The notes beneath the pieces were generated by a model. The model was given only the letters and a program-made list of their open reading frames with translations. It was not told the origin of the DNA and made no database searches. A stretch of 64,000 nucleotides of DNA from assembly GCA_963976765.1 (NCBI GenBank), contig CAXBME010000008.1:124001-188000 (forward strand). Direction: 5' to 3'. A program made the position numbers and the translations under genes. Shown here in pieces: positions 30,484 through 40,406 of the stretch (position 1 is the stretch's first letter; each line of letters starts with the position of its first letter). Source of the DNA: an uncultured Planctomycetaceae bacterium (lineage in GTDB: Bacteria; Planctomycetota; Planctomycetia; Planctomycetales; Planctomycetaceae).

Positions 30484-31962
30484 ATGCAGGATTTTCAGAA
30501 TTACTACTCAGCCATCACCCGCCGGCACTTCTTCGGGCAGGGGGCTTTGGGACTTGGCACGGCGGCGCTGGCTTCGTTGATGGGGGAGCGGGCCGACGCT
30601 GCGAAAGCGACGTCGGAATTTGCCGACCCGCAGCGGATCGGCGGGTTGCCGGCTCTTCCGCATTTCGCGCCGAAAGCGAAGCGGGCGATCTACCTCTTCA
30701 TGGCTGGCGCGCCGAGCCAGATCGACTTCTTCGATCACAAGCCGAAGCTCAATGAGATGTTTGACAAGGATCTGCCCGAGTCGGTCCGAAACGGCCAGCG
30801 GCTGACAACGATGACGAGCGGGCAGAAACGATTTCCACTGGCTCCGTCGAAGTTCAAGTTCGCGCAGCACGGCAAGAGCGGCGCGTGGATCAGCGAACTG
30901 CTGCCGCACACCGCTAAAATGGTTGACGACATTGCGATTGTGAAGTCTCTGCACACTGAAGCGATCAACCACGACCCGGCGATTACCTACATTTGCACAG
31001 GGAACCAGTTGCCGGGCCGACCGAGTCTGGGTTCCTGGTTGAACTACGGGCTGGGTTCGCTCAACAGCAACCTGCCGGCGTTTATGGTGATGACTCCAAC
31101 GTGGACCGGTCGGCAGCAGGCGCAGGCACTTTACAACCGGTTGTGGGGAGCGGGCTTTCTGCCGACGAAGCATCAGGGTGTGGCTCTGCGCCGGTCTGGC
31201 GACCCCGTATTGTTTCTTTCGAATCCGGATGGTGTGAGTACGGAAGTTCGGCGGCGAATGCTCGATTCGCTGGGGCGTCTGAATCAGAAGACGTTCGAGC
31301 AGGTTGGTGACCCGGCGACGCAGGCGAGAATCAATCAGTACGAGATGGCGTTCAAGATGCAGAGTTCTGTTCCCGAGCTGATGGAATTTTCAGGCGAGAC
31401 AAAGAGCACTCTGGAAATGTACGGCCCGGACGCGGAGAAACCGGGCACTTTTGCGTACTGTGCACTGATGGCTCGCCGCATGATTGAGAAAGACGTGCGG
31501 TTCGTGCAGCTTTTTCATCGAGGCTGGGACCAGCACGGAAATATTGCCAACGATTTGCCGAACCAGGCACGTGATGTTGATCAGGCGTCATGGGCGCTGA
31601 TTCAGGATCTCAAACAACGAGACCTTCTGAAAGACACTCTGGTTGTGTGGGGTGGCGAGTTTGGCCGGACTGCCTACTGTCAGGGAAAACTGACTCGCGA
31701 AAACTACGGGCGGGACCATCACCCGCGTTGCTTTTCAATCTGGATGGCAGGCGGCGGAATCAAGCCAGGAGTCGTTCATGGCGAGACTGACGACTTCAGC
31801 TACAACGTTACGGAAAATCCGGTCCACATTCACGATCTGAACGCGACAATTCTGCATTGCCTGGGGATCGACCATCGGCGTTTGTCTGCGAGATTTCAGG
31901 GCCTGGATGTGCGACTGACCGGTGTCGAGGAGCAGCATCCGGTAAAAGAAATACTGGCCTGA
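30484..31962 (+). CDS. DUF1501 family protein (Tat signal)
   Basis: [47 protein letters not shown] and HDLNATILH. Confidence 0.95.
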   Translation: MQDFQNYYSAITRRHFFGQGALGLGTAALASLMGERADAAKATSEFADPQRIGGLPALPHFAPKAKRAIYLFMAGAPSQIDFFDHKPKLNEMFDKDLPESVRNGQRLTTMTSGQKRFPLAPSKFKFAQHGKSGAWISELLPHTAKMVDDIAIVKSLHTEAINHDPAITYICTGNQLPGRPSLGSWLNYGLGSLNSNLPAFMVMTPTWTGRQQAQALYNRLWGAGFLPTKHQGVALRRSGDPVLFLSNPDGVSTEVRRRMLDSLGRLNQKTFEQVGDPATQARINQYEMAFKMQSSVPELMEFSGETKSTLEMYGPDAEKPGTFAYCALMARRMIEKDVRFVQLFHRGWDQHGNIANDLPNQARDVDQASWALIQDLKQRDLLKDTLVVWGGEFGRTAYCQGKLTRENYGRDHHPRCFSIWMAGGGIKPGVVHGETDDFSYNVTENPVHIHDLNATILHCLGIDHRRLSARFQGLDVRLTGVEEQHPVKEILA

Positions 31963-32152
31963 CGCAAGTTTCCCCGGCAGTTGGCGGCTGAAGTGCCAAA
32001 TCCTGGAAAACTGGGGTTGCTCTGTTTCAGGAAATCGTCACGATAAACAAGTCGTTCGTGCTGACGCGGCACGAGTGTGGTTCCGTTGCTCAGAGTGGGG
32101 TAACCCGCAAGGCTCCGGGCAACATGAATAGGCATTAGAAAGGAGGTGGTTA

Positions 32153-32191
32153 GTGATATCTGGCTTAATAATGAGAGGTGTGACTGGCTGA
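32153..32191 (+). CDS. putative 12-aa micro-ORF (MISGLIMRGVTG)
   Basis: GTG start lies 6 nt after AGGAGG; TGA at 32189-91. Translation is unproven. Confidence 0.35.
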   Translation: MISGLIMRGVTG

Positions 32192-32253
32192 CTTCACCGG
32201 CGGGTGTTTTCGCCCTCCACCTCCTCGTAATCGCTATTACGAGAAAATAATCG

Positions 32254-32289
32254 GCCCGAGCTTCGACTGTCGAAGCTCGGGCTTTTTTT
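32254..32289 (+). terminator. strong intrinsic terminator
   Basis: GCCCGAGCTTCGA-CTG-TCGAAGCTCGGGC, a perfect 13-bp stem followed by T7. Confidence 0.9.
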
Positions 32290-32470
32290 GTTTCACGATA
32301 TCGATCAGGCCGAAATCAATTTTGGAAGCTACGACACTGACGAAGGGGCGTCACAATTTTGTCCCGGGGCGCAGAGTCCGCGGAGAAGCCAGGCAGAATC
32401 TGCTGAGGAACTCTGAGTGATCTCTGTGGCGGGTTCCTGGTGAGAGCATCCTGAGTTGGCGAAACTCAAC

Positions 32471-33169
32471 TTACAGTTGAGACGTTCCGCCGCTTCGGCC
32501 AAAAAGGCACGAGGCCAGCTGGAAGGCCGCCGCCGTTGTATTCTCGCCGCTGGTGCCCGTCGCTTGTTCTGCAAGGTACTGGTCGGCGGTCATGTCGAGG
32601 TGGCAACTGACACACCGCTGCACGAGTTGTCTTGCATGGGCACGCTGTGCCGGTTGGATTTCCGTTAGAGATTCAGCTCTCAAATGGCACGCGACGCAGC
32701 CGGCGACGACGTTGTCGGTGCTGGATTCAGTCGTCGTGCTGCGCTGGCAATCGGCGGGGAGTGAAATGGCGACTGCATCGTTCCTGCCGGCACGCTCGAC
32801 GTTAACCATCGCGGCCATCATCACGGCAATCAGCATCAGGAAGGCGGCGACACGAAGGCCGTCACGTTGAGAAGCTGCTCGACGTTGCGACTGTTGCAGC
32901 CACGGTCGGCTGGCCGTACGCGGGCTGGTTAACGGTGCCTGTTCCGAAGTCGATGCAGCCTCGGCGTATTCGTTCCCAGGGTTTTCGGAAGGCGCTGAGG
33001 GAGTAAATTCACCGGCCGTTCCGAGGGCGTTTGCGAAAAGGTCCAGAGCTGGATCCAGCATGTCGGCCATGTCGCGGCAGCGCGGGCAACTGTCCAGATG
33101 CAGAATCAGTTCGCTGCTGTCTCGCAGGTGGTTGTCAGTCAGTGCGTCGAATGCCTGATCGCAATTCAT
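32471..33169 (-). CDS. putative zinc-finger anti-sigma factor with TM helix and two CxxCH motifs
   Basis: MNC...HLDSCPRC (HxxxCxxC), TM segment VAAFLMLIAVMMAAMV, then CVACH and CVSCH; ATGA overlap with the sigma gene. Confidence 0.8.
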   Translation of the reverse strand: MNCDQAFDALTDNHLRDSSELILHLDSCPRCRDMADMLDPALDLFANALGTAGEFTPSAPSENPGNEYAEAASTSEQAPLTSPRTASRPWLQQSQRRAASQRDGLRVAAFLMLIAVMMAAMVNVERAGRNDAVAISLPADCQRSTTTESSTDNVVAGCVACHLRAESLTEIQPAQRAHARQLVQRCVSCHLDMTADQYLAEQATGTSGENTTAAAFQLASCLFGRSGGTSQL

Positions 33170-33777
33170 TGAACGTCTCCTTCGAAGCGGTCACTCCGGG
33201 ATATGTCGCGTGCATTGATGCTCGAAACGTCTGCTCGTCGTAGAGCCGTTGAGAGTTTCTCAAGTCCGGAGCGAACTCGCTGTTTCGCTCCGTTCGTGCT
33301 GCAATTCATGACGTGGGCGATTTCGTCGAACTTCAACTCGCCAAAGAAGCGGAGCCGGAGGGCGTCGGCCTGAGCTTCGGGAAGGTCATTCAGGTAGCGA
33401 AAGAGCAGAGCCGTCTGTTCTGCTCGGACAAGCTGACTAAGAGCGTCGCCGGACGAGCATGGCTCGTTAGACGTCAGGAATTCCGGCTGGCGACCTGCTC
33501 GGTCGATTCGGGAAAGCTCGCGCCGAGCCAGGCCGCGGCAGGTGTTGAGCAGGATTGTCCACAGCCAGCCTCGAAACGAATGTTCGGATCGGTAGGTGTG
33601 GCGATGAGCGAAGGCCGAAAGAAACGCATCCTGCACAGCTTCTTCCGCAACGGCCTGGTTGCGTAGCTTACTGACGGCAGCTCGAAGCATAGACGATCGA
33701 TGGCGGTTCACGAGTACGTCGAAAAGTTCGACTTGCCCGCAACCAACTCGTTCCATGATTTCCTGGTCGTTCAGCAT
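33166..33777 (-). CDS. ECF sigma-70 factor
   Basis: MLNDQEIM...FDVLVNRH, AEEAVQDAF, FRGWLWTILLN and LPEAQADALRLRFFGELKFDEIA; start taken at ATG 33777. Confidence 0.92.
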   Translation of the reverse strand: MLNDQEIMERVGCGQVELFDVLVNRHRSSMLRAAVSKLRNQAVAEEAVQDAFLSAFAHRHTYRSEHSFRGWLWTILLNTCRGLARRELSRIDRAGRQPEFLTSNEPCSSGDALSQLVRAEQTALLFRYLNDLPEAQADALRLRFFGELKFDEIAHVMNCSTNGAKQRVRSGLEKLSTALRRADVSSINARDISRSDRFEGDVQ

Positions 33778-34482
33778 GTTGCCTGGCGATTCCAGTCTAC
33801 GTGGGGCAAAACTCGTCGATTTCGACAATGAGCTGCTGTCGCTGGATGTTTGGAGGGGCAGCCGCAATGATGGCCACCCAACAGGCGACGATTGTAAACA
33901 GGATTCCGGGACTTCGAATAGCGGAGCTGGTCCTGCCGGCTTCGGCGACTGAATGTTCGGATGACTTTTTCTTCGATTTGCTGGAAATGCTCCAGCAGTC
34001 AAATTATTTTTTCCGTACGCGTGCGATGAGTAAAAACCTGGTTATTCGGGTGATCAGATTCGGCACAACGATGCCTCGGTTTGCGCCTCGTTGACCGGGT
34101 TCGAACGTTCTGATGCACGTGCCTCAAACACGGTTAGAGCCTGTTGAAGTGGCTCGCGACTGTGCATTCCACCGGACGCAGATCGAGACCGGTTCGGTCA
34201 ACATCGGCGTTCCCCACCTTAGCTGACGAAACGCGGAGTTCGTCAACTTCGACGTTTCTCTCAGTCAACGAGACGAGCTGGTTTAATGCCGGTTGAGTCT
34301 CTTCGACTGTTTGCTGGCGGTCGGGTTTCGACCAGTCCCGCACTCAGTCATCCGGCATTATGGAGTGATGCCGGTTTTCAGAACGGACGTGAGTTTTGCA
34401 GTGGTTGAGCGCTGGCGGCTGAGGAGTCGCTGGTGACAACAGTTGGAAGTCAATCACGAATCTTTTTCGAGAACGACCTGAC

Positions 34483-35238
34483 ATGACAGACAGCGAAAAG
34501 AATTCGTCGGATGCCTCGGGCGAGTCCATGATTGAGGCCAAAGGTCTCAGCAAGTATTACGGCCCGTTCGTAGCGACGGATGGTGTGACGTTTTCCGTGC
34601 CTCGCGGGCAGGTAGCCGCTTTTCTGGGCCCGAACGGTGCCGGAAAGTCGACGACCATGAAAATGCTCACGGGTTATCTGGCTCCGACGAAAGGTTCCGC
34701 GACGATCGGGGGCCACAATGTTCAGTCGGACCGGATCGCCGCCAGCGAGATGCTCGGGTATCTCCCGGAAAATGGCCCGCTCTATGAAGAGATGACGCCA
34801 AAGGGGCTGCTTTCGTACCTCGGTTCGGCTCGCGGTATGTTTGCCGACGATCTGAAAAGCCGGATGGAGTATGTCGCCGTGCGATGTGCACTGAAGTCCG
34901 TCTGGAGCAAGCCAATCAGCAAGCTGTCAAAAGGTTTTCGGCAGCGAGTCGGCATGGCTCAGGCACTGCTTCATGATCCGGAAGTTCTGATTCTGGACGA
35001 GCCGACAAGCGGATTGGATCCCAATCAGGTTCACGGAGTCCGCGATCTGATTACGAGCCTTGCTGAGACGAAGACAATTCTTCTGTCGACGCACATTCTT
35101 CGCGAAGTACAGGCTGTCTGCAGTCGAGTCATCCTGATTAATCAGGGCCGCGTTGTGTTCGATGGTCCGGTAAGCGAGATGGCTGGTTCGGAAAAGGAAA
35201 TGGAAGAACGCTTCCGCGAGCTGACAGTGGCGACGTAG
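34483..35238 (+). CDS. ABC transporter ATP-binding protein (GldA-like)
   Basis: GPNGAGKSTT, LSKGFRQRVG, ILDEPTSGLDP and LSTHIL. Confidence 0.93.
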   Translation: MTDSEKNSSDASGESMIEAKGLSKYYGPFVATDGVTFSVPRGQVAAFLGPNGAGKSTTMKMLTGYLAPTKGSATIGGHNVQSDRIAASEMLGYLPENGPLYEEMTPKGLLSYLGSARGMFADDLKSRMEYVAVRCALKSVWSKPISKLSKGFRQRVGMAQALLHDPEVLILDEPTSGLDPNQVHGVRDLITSLAETKTILLSTHILREVQAVCSRVILINQGRVVFDGPVSEMAGSEKEMEERFRELTVAT

Positions 35239-35250
35239 CAGAATGAATGG

Positions 35251-35322
35251 CTCACGCGAAGGTACAAAGACGCGAAGGATTGATCGACTTTTCCTTCTTT
35301 ATTCTTCGCGGCCTGGTGTGAG
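35251..35322. repeat. degenerate palindromic intergenic repeat (CTCACGCGAAG..ACGCGAAG / CTTCGCG..GTGTGAG type)
   Basis: Tandem CGCGAAG-like units mirrored by CTTCGCG...GGTGTGAG. Confidence 0.5.
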
Positions 35323-35400
35323 AAAAACAGAATGTAGGGTGCGTCTTGACGCACCACTTCGAACTGGACCTTTTGACTCAAGATATAACGGGATTGAGAA

Positions 35401-38091
35401 ATGCGGACTCACACGATTTTCGCTGTGTTGAAGCGAAACCTGATGAGCTATTTCTCCGGAGTGCTGGGTTACCTCTTTATTGTGGTGTTTGTGATCGCTG
35501 CGGCGTCGAGCGCGTTCAACGCTCAGTTTTTCACGAACAACCTGGCAAACCTGGACCAGCTCACGGCAGCGTTTCCATACCTGCTGCTCTTCATCATTCC
35601 TGCCATCACGATGACATCGTGGGCCGAAGAAAAACGGCTGGGAACGGACGAACTGCTCTTCACGCTGCCGGCAACCGACTTCGAAATTCTGCTCGGCAAA
35701 TTCCTGTCGCTCGTCGTTGTTTACGGAGTGGCGCTGGCCTTTTCGTTAACTCAGTTGATCGTGCTGGGCTACTACGCCGATCCCGACTGGGGGCTGCTGC
35801 TGACAACGTACTTTGGCTACTGGTTGGCCGGTTCGACGTTGATCAGTCTCGGCATGTTTGCTTCCGTCCTGACGAGTAGCGTCACCGTGGCGTTTGTTCT
35901 GGGAGCGGCCATCTGTGCGGTGCCAATCTTCATCGGACACCTGTCGACCAGCCGTCCGGCGATCGACAACCCGACGTTCAGCGACACAGCGACCGATCTG
36001 TTCAACTCGTTCTGCAGTGAGATGAGTCTTGGCGAGCGTTTGAACGAGTTCGCTATCGGCGTCGTCCCCTTCAGCGGAATTGTCTACTTTCTCTCGCTAA
36101 TCATCTTTTCGCTGTACCTCAACGCGGTGTTCATCAGCCGGCGCCACTGGGTCAGCGATCAACAGGGGTTACCGATTGGCGGACACTTTGCGGTACGCAT
36201 CGTTTGCCTGCTTGTCGCCCTGCTGGCTGGCAACGCTGTCGTCACGACGGCCAGCGAAGCACTCGGTCTGCGTTTTGATATGACCGGCGAGAAGCTCTAC
36301 ACATTGTCCGACACGACCCACGAACTGGTCAGCAAGGTTGAAAACAAGGTCACGATTCAGGCCTTCATCAGCCCGGAAGTCCCTCGCGACTACGTTGGGC
36401 AGCAGACTCGCTTGAAGGGGCTGCTTCGCCAGTACGACCGCATGAGCAATCAGATCGAAGTTCGCTTCGTCGAGGTCACGCCTTTCAGCGAAGCTGCCGA
36501 GGAAGCTGAACACTTCGGAATCATGCCGACTCCGGTTCAGTCCGAAGTCGACGGACGCTTCCAGCGCGTTGACGTCTTTATGGGAGCTGTCATCAGCGGT
36601 GCCTACGATGAAGTCATCGTCCCATTCTTCGATATTGGAACCTCGGTCGAGTACGAGCTGACTCGCTCGGTACGAACGGTTTCACAGGAAGATCGACTGA
36701 CCGTGGGCATGTTGCGAACGGACGCCAAAGTGAACGGTGGCTTCGACATGTCCAGCATGCGTAGTTCGCCCGAATGGCGAATTCAGCGGGAACTTAAAAA
36801 ACAGTACAAGGTGGTTGAAGTCGGCCCGGACTCGAAGATCGAAGACGAAGTAGACGTCCTGATTGCGGCGATGCCGTCTTCACTGACCGATCCACAAATG
36901 ACCAACTTTGTTGACTATGTGAAGTCAGGAAAACCAACGCTGATCCTGGACGACCCGTTGCCACTGGTTGACCCTCGCATGTCGCCCAGCCAGCAGAAAC
37001 CTCAACAGGGCGGCGGGGGAATGTTTGGTGGTGGGCAGCCCGCTGAACCGCGAGCTGATAACGGAAATGCTGGTCCTCTCGTTAATGCCCTGGACATCTC
37101 CTGGCTGAACGATGCCATTGTCTGGGATCAGACGAATCCTCATCCCACCTTTGTTGATCTTCCACCCGACTATGTCTTCATTACTCCGCTGAACGGCAAC
37201 TCGGAAGCGATCAGCACCGAGAGTGATGTCACCAGCGGGTTGCAGGAATTGCTGATGCTTTACTCGGGGCGAATCCGTCCTCGAGAAAACAGTAAGTTGA
37301 AGTTTGAACCTCTGCTTCGAATTGGTCTCCGATCAGGAACTTCCCGATGGAACGATCTGATGGGGTCAAGCTTCTTCGGTATTCAACCCAAGGATCCATC
37401 ACGAGTTCGCCGAACGCTGACCGGTGAAGCTGACGTCGTGGCGGCTCATATTACTGGTGAAAAGGGTGAGAAGCACAAAGTCAATGTGATCTACGTCGCC
37501 GATGTCGACATCGTCTCAGATGCTCTGTTCAACGTCGTGCAAAGCGACATGCACGGTCTGAAACTCGACAATGTGAAGTTCATTCTGAACTGCGTCGATG
37601 TTCTGGCTGGAGACACTTCTTACGTCGATCTTCGTAAGCGACGCCCGCAGCACCGAACGCTGAAAGAAGTGCAGAGCGAAGCGGATAAGTTTCGAAAGAT
37701 TTCTCAGGAAGAACGTGAGAAAGCCGAGAAAGAAGCTGAGGAAGCACTTGAGAAAGTGACAGCAGAACTCGACAAGGAGATCGAAAAAATCGATTCCGAC
37801 GAGACGCTTACCTTGATCGAAAAACGTCAGCGGATGGAAATCGCTACTCAGCGGAAGCAGCGGGAACTGGACGTTGAGAAGGCAAATATCGATCGAGAAA
37901 AAGCCGAGAAGCTTGAGCAATTAAAGGCTCGCGAACAGCGGCAGATCAAGCAGACGGAGAACGACTTCCGGTTCTGGGCCGTGATTTTTCCGCCGATCCC
38001 CTCGATTCTGCTAGGAATGCTCGTGCTGGGGTTACGACTCACGGCTGAGCAGAAAGATATCGAAGAAGTTCGCCGCCTTTCTCGCCAGTAG
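35401..38091 (+). CDS. fused ABC-2 permease (GldF-like) + GldG-like periplasmic domain
   Basis: PAITMTSWAEEKRLGTDELLFTLP, RFDMTGEKLYTLS and EYELTRSV; coiled coil and C-terminal TM. Confidence 0.88.
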   Translation: MRTHTIFAVLKRNLMSYFSGVLGYLFIVVFVIAAASSAFNAQFFTNNLANLDQLTAAFPYLLLFIIPAITMTSWAEEKRLGTDELLFTLPATDFEILLGKFLSLVVVYGVALAFSLTQLIVLGYYADPDWGLLLTTYFGYWLAGSTLISLGMFASVLTSSVTVAFVLGAAICAVPIFIGHLSTSRPAIDNPTFSDTATDLFNSFCSEMSLGERLNEFAIGVVPFSGIVYFLSLIIFSLYLNAVFISRRHWVSDQQGLPIGGHFAVRIVCLLVALLAGNAVVTTASEALGLRFDMTGEKLYTLSDTTHELVSKVENKVTIQAFISPEVPRDYVGQQTRLKGLLRQYDRMSNQIEVRFVEVTPFSEAAEEAEHFGIMPTPVQSEVDGRFQRVDVFMGAVISGAYDEVIVPFFDIGTSVEYELTRSVRTVSQEDRLTVGMLRTDAKVNGGFDMSSMRSSPEWRIQRELKKQYKVVEVGPDSKIEDEVDVLIAAMPSSLTDPQMTNFVDYVKSGKPTLILDDPLPLVDPRMSPSQQKPQQGGGGMFGGGQPAEPRADNGNAGPLVNALDISWLNDAIVWDQTNPHPTFVDLPPDYVFITPLNGNSEAISTESDVTSGLQELLMLYSGRIRPRENSKLKFEPLLRIGLRSGTSRWNDLMGSSFFGIQPKDPSRVRRTLTGEADVVAAHITGEKGEKHKVNVIYVADVDIVSDALFNVVQSDMHGLKLDNVKFILNCVDVLAGDTSYVDLRKRRPQHRTLKEVQSEADKFRKISQEEREKAEKEAEEALEKVTAELDKEIEKIDSDETLTLIEKRQRMEIATQRKQRELDVEKANIDREKAEKLEQLKAREQRQIKQTENDFRFWAVIFPPIPSILLGMLVLGLRLTAEQKDIEEVRRLSRQ

Positions 38092-38155
38092 GTCGCACGA
38101 AAACTCAGACGTTCTGAATCCATCAACCTCAACCTGAATTCACCGGGTGAGACTT

Positions 38156-40258
38156 ATGAATACCAACAGTCAGACTCTTAAATTTGTAATCGCGGCAGCC
38201 GTGATGGCTGGCCTTGCCGGGCTGACCAGTTCGCTGACCAAACCCACGCCAATTGACGACTTTGCCAACGTCGGCAAGTCGTTCTTTGCGGATTTTAAAG
38301 ATCCCAATTCCGCAACCGCGGTCCGGGTTGTCGCCTACAACGAGGACACGGCATCGGCTCGGGTTTTCACCGTTCAGAAAAAGGACGGCACCTGGCGAAT
38401 TCCTTCACATCACAACTACCCGGCTGACGGTGAAGAACGACTGGCCAAAACTGCTCGGTCGCTCATCGGCGTCAAACGCGGCGCCGTCGCGAGTCGTGTC
38501 GCCGCTGATCACGAACGGTTCGGCGTCGTCGATCCGTTGGGCGAAGATTCCGACACGTTGAAAGGCCGTGGCCAACGATTGACTCTGATGAAAGACAGCG
38601 AAATTCCCGTCGCTGACCTGATCATCGGTAAGAAACTGCCCGAAGGCGAGAATCGTTACTACGTCCGGCATCCGGAAGAGAAAGAAACCTACATCACCGA
38701 ACTGGAAGTCGACATCTCGACGAAGTTTCGAGACTGGGTCGAAGCCGACCTGCTGAAACTGGATCGTGACGATCTGACAAAGCTGGAAGCGAAGTCGACC
38801 AAAGTAGATGGCCGCAGCTTCTCGGAAGTTGTGGACGCATCGTTGTCTCGTGCGTCGTCAACAGACGATTGGGCACTCGACGGGCTCAATGAAGAAACGG
38901 AAGAAGTCAACAAAGAAGACGTGACGGCCATGGTCAACGTCCTGGACAATCTCAAACTGTCCGGAGTGCGTCGCAAGCCTGAGCTGGCCGGTAAGCCGAT
39001 CCTTCAGGGGGATCTCGGGATTGCGCTCCCTCCTTCGGCGGCTCAGAACCCGCAGATAGTCAACCAGGTCATCGACATGGTTCAGAGCAGTCTGAATTCG
39101 AAGGGCTTCCTGGTTTATGAGAATCGTGAAGAGAACGATTTCCGGTTGTATGCAAAGGCTGGTGAACTGGTTGCGTCGTTAAAAGACGGCGTGCGTTTTC
39201 ACATGAGCTTTGGAAACGAGTTTGAAGGTTCTGACGACGAAATCGAAATCGGCGGCACGACGGCGAAAGCTGAGAAGTCGAAAAACGAACAGAAACCAGC
39301 CGATGCTCCAGGCTCAGAAGAAGCAGTCGACGATAAAAAGGAAGACGGCGAGAAGGACGAAGAGAAGAAAACGAAGAGCCGCTATCTTATCGTTCGAGCC
39401 TCGTTCAGTGAGAATCTGCTTGGCCCGGCACCGGTTGCTCCGGTCAAGCCTGAAGTGCCTGAAGGTGTGGAAGTTGACGACGAAGGCAATGTGGTGAAGC
39501 CGGCTGAAGAGCCTGCCGCGAAAGACGACGACGCAGCGGCTGACGACAAGAGTGACGATGCTGCCAAGGCTGACGCCGCAGCGACTGGCGATGACAAGTC
39601 AGATGCCGGGAAGACGGATGACGCGGCTGTTGAAGAGAAGAAAGAAGAACCCAATCTGGGCGACATCTATCAGCGAGCGATCGAGAAGTTCCGTGCTGAC
39701 CAGAAGAAGTACGAGTCCGATGTCAAAGCTCGTGAAGAGAAGGTCGAAGAAGGCAGGAAGAAGGTCGACGAACTGAATACTCGGTTCGCTGACTGGTACT
39801 ACGTCATTTCTGAGGAAGACTTCGACAAGCTGCGACTCAGTCGCGCTCAGCTTGTGAAAGCCAAAGAAAAGGAAGAAGGCGAAGAGGGAGACGGCAAGGG
39901 CGACGCCGCTGCACCGGTCGGCGATCCGGCCGCGTCGATCCTGAATTCGCTTCCCGGTTCACAGCCTGCTGCTGCAAAGACGGATGACGCCAAGCCAGCA
40001 GCGCCGGCTACGGATGACAAGACTCCAACCTCTGACGCACCGAAGGCGGACGATGCGAAACCGGCGGCAACTCCACCGGAGCCGTCGAAGCCGGAAGCGG
40101 CAGCATCAGATGCAGCAAAGCCAGCGGACGTGGCACCGGCTGAACCGAAGGCGGCGATCGAAGAATCGACGCCCGACAAGGTATCGTCGGAACCGGAGAA
40201 GTCGGCAGATAAAGCTGACACTGCTAATGAAAAGCCAGCGACAACTGACGGAAATTAG
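38156..40258 (+). CDS. DUF4340-type ABC accessory protein with acidic low-complexity tail
   Basis: N-terminal TM, WRIPSHHNYPAD, LIIGK...YYVRHP and RFADWYYVIS; third gene of the Gld-like operon. Confidence 0.8.
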   Translation: MNTNSQTLKFVIAAAVMAGLAGLTSSLTKPTPIDDFANVGKSFFADFKDPNSATAVRVVAYNEDTASARVFTVQKKDGTWRIPSHHNYPADGEERLAKTARSLIGVKRGAVASRVAADHERFGVVDPLGEDSDTLKGRGQRLTLMKDSEIPVADLIIGKKLPEGENRYYVRHPEEKETYITELEVDISTKFRDWVEADLLKLDRDDLTKLEAKSTKVDGRSFSEVVDASLSRASSTDDWALDGLNEETEEVNKEDVTAMVNVLDNLKLSGVRRKPELAGKPILQGDLGIALPPSAAQNPQIVNQVIDMVQSSLNSKGFLVYENREENDFRLYAKAGELVASLKDGVRFHMSFGNEFEGSDDEIEIGGTTAKAEKSKNEQKPADAPGSEEAVDDKKEDGEKDEEKKTKSRYLIVRASFSENLLGPAPVAPVKPEVPEGVEVDDEGNVVKPAEEPAAKDDDAAADDKSDDAAKADAAATGDDKSDAGKTDDAAVEEKKEEPNLGDIYQRAIEKFRADQKKYESDVKAREEKVEEGRKKVDELNTRFADWYYVISEEDFDKLRLSRAQLVKAKEKEEGEEGDGKGDAAAPVGDPAASILNSLPGSQPAAAKTDDAKPAAPATDDKTPTSDAPKADDAKPAATPPEPSKPEAAASDAAKPADVAPAEPKAAIEESTPDKVSSEPEKSADKADTANEKPATTDGN

Positions 40259-40288
40259 ACCCATCGTTGGTTGGGAAGTTTGAAGTTC

Positions 40289-40333
40289 AAAGCGCCGAGG
40301 TTTCGCGAATGGTGGCGATGCCTCGGCGTTTTT
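40289..40333 (+). terminator. intrinsic terminator
   Basis: GCGCCGAGG...CCTCGGCGT stem followed by a T-tract. Confidence 0.7.
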
Positions 40334-40406
40334 GCGTTCCGTTCTCAGTCGAGGCGAGACTGCTTACGATTCTCCGATCCGAATCTGCTTATGGAAGGAC
40401 CATGCG

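Larger units (their letters stand above)
32053..32289 (+). ncRNA. putative structured small RNA / micro-peptide mRNA
   Basis: Successive hairpins (32053-77; 32085-123 with a GTAA tetraloop; 32199-214; 32224-43), AGAAAGGAGGTG at 32137-48, its complement CCACCTCCT at 32217-25, and its own strong terminator. Confidence 0.6.

Noticed and set aside
31984..31998. Minus-strand TGGCAC-N5-CCGC as a sigma54 promoter
   Set aside because: Poor -12 element, and it would fire antisense into DUF1501.
32137..32149. AGAAAGGAGGTG as a fragment of a 16S rRNA gene on the minus strand
   Set aside because: Similarity stops after 12 nt (no following ATCCAGCC), so it was treated as an SD-like element.
33778..34482. 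75-aa N-terminal extension of the ECF ORF and short ORFs such as 34134-34343
   Set aside because: The extension is Ser/Pro-rich and lacks sigma features; the short ORFs lack support.
39240..40258. Repetitive DNA in the DUF4340-type gene as a mobile or tandem repeat
   Set aside because: Explained by low-complexity A/D/E/K/P coding sequence.
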